Of a DNA stretch of 24,000 nt, positions 8,758 through 15,142 are shown piece by piece. Under the pieces are notes generated by a model. It saw only the letters and a list, made by a program, of their open reading frames with translations, was not told where the DNA came from and made no database searches. This stretch comes from Promethearchaeota archaeon (GTDB taxonomy: Archaea > Asgardarchaeota > Lokiarchaeia > Sigyniarchaeales > SOKP01): contig JBHLME010000028.1 of the NCBI GenBank assembly GCA_048938445.1, positions 5,257 to 29,256 on the forward strand, written 5' to 3'. How positions within the stretch are numbered: the stretch's first letter is position 1; each line of letters starts with the position of its first letter. The translations under genes and the position numbers were made by a program.

Positions 8758-9297
8758 ATGAAGGATCTTCATTACCGATTTAAAATAATTGTAGCAGGAG
8801 ATGGTGGGGTGGGAAAGACTACTCTAATATATCGTTATGTAGATGGTACATTTAAATCCAATACTAGCATGACAATTGGTATCCAGTTTCATCAAAAATT
8901 TATAGATCTTAATGATAATACTACATGTGAATTATTGCTGTGGGATCTTGGAGGACAAGACCATTTTCGTGCTATTTTAAAGAGATTCGTTAAAGGTTCC
9001 CATGGAGCATTGTTAATGTTTGATTTATCAAGGATTATAACGTTGTTTAACCTTGATGAATGGATGGAACTTCTTAGCGACTCCGAACCAGATATTCCAA
9101 TTGTCCTCATAGGCGGGAAAGCAGATTTACTAGAAAAGGGTGTTTTCCCTTATCAAGATAAACTACTAGAATTTAAAGAAAAATATAATTTTGAAAATGT
9201 TATATTTGTATCTTCAAAGACAGGAGAGAATGTTAATGAAGTATTTGAATTTATAACTAAAGAAATTATTAAAAGTCATGATTCTAATGATAAATAG
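8758..9297 (+). CDS. Ras-superfamily small GTPase (Rab/Ras-like)
   Basis: G1 is GDGGVGKTT. Switch I threonine lies in SMTIGIQF. G3 is WDLGGQDHF. G4 is a variant, GGKAD, in place of NKxD. G5 is SSKTGENV. A GGGGGT purine-rich stretch lies about 14 nt upstream of the ATG. Confidence 0.9.
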   Translation: MKDLHYRFKIIVAGDGGVGKTTLIYRYVDGTFKSNTSMTIGIQFHQKFIDLNDNTTCELLLWDLGGQDHFRAILKRFVKGSHGALLMFDLSRIITLFNLDEWMELLSDSEPDIPIVLIGGKADLLEKGVFPYQDKLLEFKEKYNFENVIFVSSKTGENVNEVFEFITKEIIKSHDSNDK

Positions 9298-9515
9298 AAA
9301 TTTAATTTTTTTGCCTTAACAAATTTAATGAAATTAAAGTTGGAATCCGATACGGCACAATGGTTTTAGAACTATAATCCTTTTTCTTTCTTTTTTTATA
9401 TAAAATATGAAAACTTTTAATAAAATAAGCAAAAAATTTAATTTAAATGAAAAAGAAGTTTTCATTATTTTATCACTGAATATATATCTAATTTAATTAT
9501 ATTATTTATAGGGTG

Positions 9516-9945
9516 ATGAAAAATAAGATTTTTATCATTTCATGTAGAATATTTTAATTACAAAGTCACAAAAAAAGGACGTTCTAAGGTTTTTGAGGAA
9601 ATTACAGAAGAAAATAAAAAAAATCAAGTTGAGAATGCAATAATTCTTTTTATTAGTATGGAAAAGCAGGATGAAAAAAGTTCAGGATTATTAGATAGAG
9701 CTGTAATTGAAATAGAAAATATTTGCGAACAATTAAAAAACTCTAATATAGTACTTTTACCATTTGCTCATCTTTTTGGTCAGCTAAGTTCTTTAAATTA
9801 TGCTTTTGAATCTTTTAAAAAAATTGAATCAATGCTAAAATTAAAAGATTATAACGTAATACGTCTTCCATTTGGATGGTTTAATGAATTAGAAATGAAA
9901 GCTAAAGGACATCCACTATCACGAATTTCCCGGATAATAGAATAA
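9516..9945 (+). CDS. Stand-alone archaeal ThrRS-type editing domain (DTD-like fold) protein, apparently frameshifted near the 5' end
   Basis: The track ORF 9658-9945 carries PFAHLFGQLSS...LPFGWFNELEMKAKGHPLSRISRII, which matches the archaeal ThrRS N-terminal editing domain pattern PFAHLS...PFG...CKGHPLSE.SR.I. The same frame stays open and homologous back to 9520 (FHVEYFNYKV...ILFISMEKQDEK) but has no start codon. ATG 9516 in the -1 frame encodes MKNKIFII. One T fewer in the TTT run at 9538-9540 joins them into a roughly 142-aa domain. Confidence 0.65.
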
Positions 9946-10243
9946 ATCATTTAATATGGTAAATTTACTTAGTAGCAATTCTATTTCGCTAAAAAAATAA
10001 GTAAACAATTATATATTAAAATTTTTAGTTTTTATCTTTTTTTGTTCTATTACATCACTCTCAATTAAAATTAGCGACATTAAAAAATAAGATATTTTAT
10101 TACGTTAATGTTAGAAACAATTTTATTCGTTAATAACAAATTAGAAACACGTATTTTTATTCTTAACACGCATTAAATATTTACTTTAAAAGAATTAAAA
10201 TAACGCCCTAAATAATTTTCAAACAAAATAAAGGTAAAATGAA

Positions 10244-10513
10244 ATGAGGATTAAAATATTATTCCATATTTTAGCAATATTTTTATTTCTTTTTGGATGT
10301 GTTGTTTTACATGTTGTTGTAAATTCTGAGGAAATATTTGTAATTTTTTTTGGAATTTTCTTACCAAGAGCATTTTTCTTTGATCTTGCCATTGTGGTTA
10401 TTGGTATTGCATTTTTTATAGAATTCTTCATGACATTCAAACCAATAAAAATTATTAATTTTTCCCTTCTTGATAAAGATTTGAATAATATGAACGAGAA
10501 CAGTAATGTCTAA
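10244..10513 (+). CDS. Hypothetical small membrane protein (89 aa)
   Basis: Three hydrophobic segments and an ATG start. The competing antisense ORF 10219-10440 looks less protein-like. Weak support only. Confidence 0.35.
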   Translation: MRIKILFHILAIFLFLFGCVVLHVVVNSEEIFVIFFGIFLPRAFFFDLAIVVIGIAFFIEFFMTFKPIKIINFSLLDKDLNNMNENSNV

Positions 10514-10546
10514 TCACGTCATATAATCTAAAAAAAATGCATTAAT

Positions 10547-10570
10547 TTCGTGAAATCCACCTTTCACGAA
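10547..10570. repeat. Perfect 9-bp inverted repeat TTCGTGAAA-N6-TTTCACGAA between convergent ORFs
   Basis: Read directly: 10547-10555 is the reverse complement of 10562-10570, with spacer TCCACC. It lies between the 3' ends of 10244-10513 (+) and 10671-10865 (-). Confidence 0.5.
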
Positions 10571-10670
10571 TTTATGTTGGTTAGGTAAAATAAAAGTTAT
10601 ACTAATATATCTTTTTTAACAAATAACATTCCGAATGTCCTTTTCAAAAAATCAGACCAAGATTGATATC

Positions 10671-10865
10671 TTATAAATATTTATCGTAAGAGTCATCATA
10701 ATCTAGTGATTCATCATATTCACCATATTCATACCATTCATCATCATCGAATTTTAAATCGAAATACTCATCATCTTCATAATCGTCCCAATCTTTAGCC
10801 AGAGAGAGCCAAATAGAACACTTATATATGGTACAAAGAGGAAATGCTAATTGTTTAAATTTCAT
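10671..10865 (-). CDS. Hypothetical small protein with an extremely acidic/aromatic C-terminal tail (64 aa)
   Basis: ATG-started ORF. The C-terminal 40 residues are almost entirely D/E/Y/W/F (DWDDYEDDEYFDLKFDDDEWYEYGEYDESLDYDDSYDKYL). It sits next to the tandem-repeat promoter region. Coding status is unproven. Confidence 0.3.
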   Translation of the reverse strand: MKFKQLAFPLCTIYKCSIWLSLAKDWDDYEDDEYFDLKFDDDEWYEYGEYDESLDYDDSYDKYL

Positions 10866-10910
10866 ACAGAAAAGTAATAATAAATTACTTTATCCTTAGT
10901 TTTATATAAT

Positions 10911-10990
10911 AAATATAAGAATTCTTTTAATAATATAAGAATTCTTTTAATAATATAAGAACTCTTTTAATAATATTGAAATTCTTGATA
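10911..10990. repeat. Four tandem copies of a 20-bp unit (TAATATAAGAATTCTTTTAA), each centred on the palindrome AAGAATTCTT
   Basis: Read directly. 10911-10930 has one mismatch, 10931-10950 is the consensus, 10951-10970 has one mismatch (T to C in the palindrome), and 10971-10990 is degenerate. The array lies between divergent ORFs 10671-10865 (-) and 11047-11412 (+). Confidence 0.85.
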
Positions 10991-11046
10991 TTAAAAATCT
11001 AAATTTTTCAAAAAATTTAAAAATAAATTATTTTACTTTTTGTTTT

Positions 11047-11412
11047 ATGAGTGAATTAATATTTAATAAAAAGATAATTAAAGAAGCGGAAAATGACTTC
11101 AAAAAAATTAATTTAACAAAAATAGCAAGAGAAAACTTAGATCAAACTGCTCAAATATTTGCACAGTACTTACCCATTTCAGAGATGGCGCTGAAGGGAT
11201 TCATTTTGTATTGTATGCAGGAATATCAAGTAAAAAATAAAATAGACCTATCTTCCTTTTATGATTCAACTCCAGAGGAAAAAAAGAAAATAATAGGCAG
11301 TATGGCGGAGTTATTACAAGCGCGTTTAACTAAATTACTCATTAAACCAGAACAAAAACCTATATTAGATAATGCTTTCAATGAAGTAATAAAATTTTTA
11401 AAAACTCTCTAA
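11047..11412 (+). CDS. Hypothetical helical protein (121 aa)
   Basis: Non-overlapping ATG-started ORF downstream of the tandem repeat. No recognised motif. Confidence 0.5.
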   Translation: MSELIFNKKIIKEAENDFKKINLTKIARENLDQTAQIFAQYLPISEMALKGFILYCMQEYQVKNKIDLSSFYDSTPEEKKKIIGSMAELLQARLTKLLIKPEQKPILDNAFNEVIKFLKTL

Positions 11413-11539
11413 ATATTTGCTTTTTTAAAATATTATTAAAGAATAGGATGATTAATTTTTTTTTTCAAAATTTCGAATACAATCAACTTAGTTATTTATA
11501 AAAAAATAGAAAACATTTTATATATGATAATATAAATAG

Positions 11540-11671
11540 TGCGCCCTCCGGGGATCGAACCCGGGTCACCTTCAACAATCAAGACGATTTGTCTCGTTTT
11601 AGGTTGGCAACCTGTTTTACCCTTTCAATGCTGATTTGAAAAGGGTATACTGGCCACTATACTAAGAGCGC
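11540..11671 (-). tRNA. tRNA-Gly (anticodon GCC) interrupted by two introns inside the anticodon stem
   Basis: On the minus strand the acceptor is GCGCTCT/AGGGCGC (G1:C72, C2:G71, G3:C70), D-arm GTAT-AGTGGCCAGT-ATAC, T-arm CCGGG-TTCGATC-CCCGG, discriminator A. The 132-nt locus gives a 74-nt cloverleaf only if 11615-11642 (28 nt) and 11571-11600 (30 nt) are removed. That yields the anticodon arm CCAGG-TTGCCAA-CCTGG and variable loop TGAC. The second intron forms a textbook hBHBh' motif: H is CAAC/GTTG, the 3-nt bulges are CT|A and AA|G, and the outer helix is GTTGC/GTGAC. The first intron has only a relaxed motif. Confidence 0.7.
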
Positions 11672-11799
11672 AGTTTTGTGATATTTAAAATACATTAAAG
11701 AATTAAAATTTATTGTTTCTAATAACCTAGTTGGATCTTAAGTCGAGTAAACTTACATTTTATTAAGATTAAAAAAAGATAATATTAAAAGAGTAAATT

Positions 11800-12831
11800 T
11801 CATATAATTTGACTTATTACTTGTTTTATGGTATTATCTTCAACGAATTTCTCGAGTTCTTGAAGACTTTCAGGCATTCCCTCTCTTACACCAACTTCTT
11901 TGCATTCTAGAAAAGACATTGCTGTTGCCATCTTACTAATTTTCTCAAGAGGATATTTGTTTAAGTATGAAACGAGGATTCCACTTAAAAATGCATCCCC
12001 TGCTCCTGTAGTATCTTGAACGTCACCTTTATAGACCGCACTGTTGACAATAGTTTTTCCATCAGAAATAATTGAACCGTTAGTGCCATCTGTAATTGAA
12101 ATTAATTTAACACCTAAGTTTAAAAATTTATGTATAATTTGTGACGTATCTACTTTACCGGTAAATTCTTGAGCTTCTTCTTTATTTAGTGACACTACGT
12201 CTGAATTGCCAATCAAGATTTTTGCCCATTTATAATTATTTTTTATTATGGACATGCTAGGAGCAGCAAATACTATTCCGTTATTGTTTTTTGTGAGTGT
12301 AATAGCTTTTTCTATAGCTTTACAACCATTTTCACTAGTTAATGAAGTCCACGCAAAGGCTTTTATTCCTTCAAAAATATGTTCTTTTACATCAGAAGGT
12401 TGTAATAAGTTATTAGCTCCTTTATATGCTAGTATACTCCTATCTTTCCCCCATTCTGTTCGTAAAATTACTGAAAATGCTGTATTATCTTGACCTGTTT
12501 GAATGACATTAGATAAATCCACACCTCGCTTTTTTAAATCTTCTATACATATATTTGCGGAGAAATCTTGTCCTAAAATACCAATATAAGCAGATTTTAA
12601 TCCAACCATTGAACAATTTGCTGCGATATTTGCAGCTGAACCTCCTGGAACGAATGTTACGCCTTGAATATTTAATTTTCGACTATATTCTATGGCAGTA
12701 TACTTTTTAATGATTTGTTCTCCATTTTTATCTCTATCAAACAATTCGAATCGTAAGATATCATTTATATTTATCATGCAATCAAGAGTGCATGAACCAA
12801 TAGTAATTAGATCTAAACTCATATTCCTCAC
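11800..12831 (-). CDS. PfkB-family carbohydrate/nucleoside kinase (ribokinase-like)
   Basis: VPGGSAANIAAN is the N-terminal PfkB signature region, and DTTGAGDAFLSG is the C-terminal PfkB signature with the catalytic Asp. The start could instead be the second ATG, three codons in. Confidence 0.85.
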   Translation of the reverse strand: MRNMSLDLITIGSCTLDCMININDILRFELFDRDKNGEQIIKKYTAIEYSRKLNIQGVTFVPGGSAANIAANCSMVGLKSAYIGILGQDFSANICIEDLKKRGVDLSNVIQTGQDNTAFSVILRTEWGKDRSILAYKGANNLLQPSDVKEHIFEGIKAFAWTSLTSENGCKAIEKAITLTKNNNGIVFAAPSMSIIKNNYKWAKILIGNSDVVSLNKEEAQEFTGKVDTSQIIHKFLNLGVKLISITDGTNGSIISDGKTIVNSAVYKGDVQDTTGAGDAFLSGILVSYLNKYPLEKISKMATAMSFLECKEVGVREGMPESLQELEKFVEDNTIKQVISQII

Positions 12832-13017
12832 TCTATTATAAAAGTGTGATTAATCATCTGAATAAATTAAAAATAGAACCTACCATTAAAATAACTTTGC
12901 TAAAGTTTTTAATCTACTTAGCTCAAATATTTTTTAAATCTAGTAAGGTCAAAAAAGTAAAATAACACTTTCATAGAGAAAGGATTGTTTTAAATACAAA
13001 AAATCTCTATTTCTAAG

Positions 13018-13051
13018 AAGTGAAAAGTGAAAAATGAAAAATTTAAAGTCT
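13018..13051 (-). terminator. T-tract cluster downstream of the ESCRT-III gene
   Basis: The minus-strand sequence just after the stop reads ...AAATTTTTCATTTTTCACTTTTCAC, with T5, T5 and T4 runs. On the plus strand it appears as a short GTGAAAA-type tandem. Confidence 0.35.
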
Positions 13052-13678
13052 TTAATCTTGTTTGAGCCTGTCTAATTCTTTCTCGAGTTCGCTTATTCTT
13101 CCTTCAGGGACGACACTAGGCAATGCGCCCCCCATTTCTACTTGAAGTTCAGCATCAATTTCGCCTAAAAAGCTTTTGACATCAGAATCAGTCACAGCTG
13201 TTTCCATAGCTACGTTTCCTACGCCCTCTGAAGCGATTTCTTGTCCAACATCGAAGTCAGAAACATCCATTTCAAGATTTTTCATTACTTCGGTTAATTC
13301 AGGAAGTGATAACTCATTTTTTAATTGAGCCAAGGATCCTTGAATATCCCCCATAATTCCTGCTACATCTTTTATAGCTGATGCTTGTTCTAATTTAAAT
13401 TGTAATCCCTCTAGATTAGATCTAAAAGTATCGATGGCTGTTGCTTGTTTTTTGACTTGTAGGTAATTTCTTGCTTGATTTTCCGATCCTTGCTTGTCAC
13501 CTTCTTGCCTCATTTTTACGGCTTTATCTCGAGCTTGTTGTGCGGTTATTTCTAATTTTCTTGATTGCCTTAACAGTCTTTTATTGAAGACTTTTAATTT
13601 AATAGCAGCAGCACGAACAGTATCAGGTTTTTTCTTTCCGCCACTTAACCATTTTGATAAATCCTTAAGAAAACCCAT
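13052..13678 (-). CDS. ESCRT-III subunit, Snf7/CHMP family (Vps2/24/46-like, with a C-terminal MIM1-like helix)
   Basis: 208 aa. The protein has a basic N-terminal half (MGFLKDLSKWLSGGKKK...KLKVFNKRLLRQSRKLE...) and an acidic C-terminal half, which is the ESCRT-III charge asymmetry, with heptad-rich helices. The C-terminal ISELEKELDRLKQD aligns with the MIM1 pattern L-x3-L-x2-L-(K/R), as in the DLEERLKNLRR type. Confidence 0.88.
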   Translation of the reverse strand: MGFLKDLSKWLSGGKKKPDTVRAAAIKLKVFNKRLLRQSRKLEITAQQARDKAVKMRQEGDKQGSENQARNYLQVKKQATAIDTFRSNLEGLQFKLEQASAIKDVAGIMGDIQGSLAQLKNELSLPELTEVMKNLEMDVSDFDVGQEIASEGVGNVAMETAVTDSDVKSFLGEIDAELQVEMGGALPSVVPEGRISELEKELDRLKQD

Positions 13679-13893
13679 AAATATTCATCTAATAATGTTT
13701 GTTTTATAGTATATATATAAACACATAGTTATAAAATTAATTGGAGTCCATTAATTATAACATGATAATGAAGAACTTTCAACTTTAAATAAATTTGGAT
13801 TAGATTAATTTTTTATAGTAAAAATATGATTTATTTAATAACATTATTTTACTTTATAATAAATATCAAGTTTACTCATAGGTAATATAAAAC

Positions 13894-15120
13894 ATGTCAT
13901 CATTTGATAGTAAATTATACAAATTCGCCGTTGAGACTGCTAGGGAGGCGGTTGTTTTGGATAGACAAGGTAAATATCAGCAAGCGTATAATAAATATAT
14001 GAGAGCTGCTGAAATTTTGATTAAATTCATGAAGTTTAGTAATAATAAAGAGATGAACGAATTATGCCGAAAAAATAGTCAGGATTATATTGATCGAGCT
14101 AAAATTTTAAAATCCAAGATAGGTGGATCCCGTTCGAGACCAGTAAAAGCCGCACCTTCAGAAGAATCTAGTCACCCAATGGACGATAAATTAAAATCTG
14201 AAGGAGGGCAATATTCAGAAGAAGAACAAGAATTAATAGATTCTATCTCCGGAACAATCGTAACTGAATCTCCTGATATACAATGGAGTGATATAGCTGG
14301 TTTAGAAAATTGTAAGCAAATATTAAGAGAAGCAATCGTCTTACCATTAATAAAACCAGAATTATTCACCGGTAAAAGAAAACCATGGTCGGGGATTTTA
14401 TTATTTGGACCTCCAGGTTGTGGAAAAACATTATTAGCGAAAGCTGCTGCAACAGAATGCAAAGCTACATTTTTTAGTGCATCTTCGGCAGATCTATTAA
14501 GTAAATGGTTAGGAGAAAGCGAAAAATTAATCAGCTCTTTATTCAAAGTTGCAAGAATAAGAGCACCAAGTTTAATTTTCATTGATGAAATTGATTCTGT
14601 TGCCACTTCAAGAGGAGGTGGTACTGAGAGTAGTGGTGAACGACGTGTAAAAACACAGCTTCTAAGTGAAATACAAGGCTTAAAGACGAGTGAAAGGCAG
14701 CGAATTTTAACATTAGGTGCAACAAATCGACCATGGGATATTGATGATGCCATGTTAAGTAGATTTCAAAAAAAAGTGCATGTTCCTCTTCCGGATTTAG
14801 AGGCGCGATCAGCTATCTTCATAATTGAAACAAAAGGCGTTGAGATGGATTTAGAAGAAGATGATTTTATTGAATTAGGTGTAAGATCAGAAGGATATTC
14901 CGGACGAGATATTTCAAATGTATGCCAAGAAGTAATTATGCTTCCAATTAGAGAATTAGATATGAGTGGATTATTGGAAAATTCCAATCAGGAAATTTCT
15001 CTAAGATCAATTAATATTGATGATTTTAAAAAAACCATTAAAAAAATAAAACCAATGACAACTGGTAGCTCTTTAAAGAAGTATGTGGAATGGGCTGACG
15101 AGTACGGAGAGACCACATAA
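13894..15120 (+). CDS. vps4: Vps4-type AAA+ ATPase (MIT domain + AAA + Vps4 C-terminal helix)
   Basis: The N-terminal MIT-like three-helix region is AVETAREAVVLDRQGKYQQAYNKYMRAAEILIKFMK. Walker A is GPPGCGKT. Pore loop 1 is KWLGESEK. Walker B is LIFIDEIDS. The second region of homology is GATNRPWDIDDAMLSRF. The C-terminus LKKYVEWADEYG is typical of Vps4/CdvC. Confidence 0.95.
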   Translation: MSSFDSKLYKFAVETAREAVVLDRQGKYQQAYNKYMRAAEILIKFMKFSNNKEMNELCRKNSQDYIDRAKILKSKIGGSRSRPVKAAPSEESSHPMDDKLKSEGGQYSEEEQELIDSISGTIVTESPDIQWSDIAGLENCKQILREAIVLPLIKPELFTGKRKPWSGILLFGPPGCGKTLLAKAAATECKATFFSASSADLLSKWLGESEKLISSLFKVARIRAPSLIFIDEIDSVATSRGGGTESSGERRVKTQLLSEIQGLKTSERQRILTLGATNRPWDIDDAMLSRFQKKVHVPLPDLEARSAIFIIETKGVEMDLEEDDFIELGVRSEGYSGRDISNVCQEVIMLPIRELDMSGLLENSNQEISLRSINIDDFKKTIKKIKPMTTGSSLKKYVEWADEYGETT

Positions 15121-15142
15121 AAAAAAAAAGGAAAATGGTAAA

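Noticed and set aside
10100-10160. Two copies of CGTTAAT...TTAGAAACA upstream of 10244-10513
   Set aside because: These are short (7 and 9 nt) motifs with variable spacing in an AT-rich spacer upstream of a weakly supported ORF. That is not enough evidence for a regulatory site.
10219-10440. 73-aa minus-strand ORF overlapping 10244-10513 (+)
   Set aside because: Only one of the two overlapping ORFs can reasonably be real. The plus-strand one has a coherent three-TM pattern, while this one is Lys/Asn/Ile-rich filler. Neither is strongly supported.
10911-10990. The tandem repeat considered as a CRISPR array
   Set aside because: The units abut each other with no spacers, the period is only 20 bp, and no cas genes are present in the window.
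11047-11412. Possibility that the 121-aa helical protein is an ESCRT-I (Vps28 C-terminal domain-like) component
   Set aside because: I see no sequence resemblance to Vps28 C-terminal motifs. The gene is also separated from the ESCRT genes by a tRNA and a kinase. It is left as hypothetical and would need a profile or structure search.
11540-11671. Alternative readings of the long tRNA locus as tRNA-Leu(CAA or CAG) or tRNA-Sec(TCA)
   Set aside because: TTCAAAT and ATCAGCA can be drawn as 7-nt loops on the CCCTTTTCAA/TTGAAAGGG hairpin. However, this leaves a 9-nt pseudo-intron with no bulge-helix-bulge motif and a 50+ nt unexplained variable region, and the D-arm is class I. The Sec reading fails the 9/4 acceptor/T-stem rule and the G73 rule. 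The two-intron Gly(GCC) model gives a complete cloverleaf and one textbook BHB.
13679-13893. TATA-box/BRE promoter calls in the ESCRT-III/vps4 divergent region and other intergenic spacers
   Set aside because: Nearly every intergenic stretch here is full of TATA-like strings such as TATATATATAAA and TTTATAATAAATAT. Individual promoter elements therefore cannot be distinguished from background without transcription start-site data.
14172-14987. Track ORFs 14172-14753 (-) and 14766-14987 (-) antisense to vps4
   Set aside because: They lie entirely inside the strongly supported Vps4 CDS. Their translations are low-complexity, Ser/Ile/Asn-rich, and carry no motifs. These are typical shadow ORFs.
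15083-15142. Track start of the Vps25-like ORF at 15083, overlapping the last 38 nt of vps4
   Set aside because: The first 20 codons (MWNGLTSTERPHKKKKENGK) read through the vps4 C-terminus and the A-run. ATG 15143, just after a purine-rich stretch, is the more plausible start.
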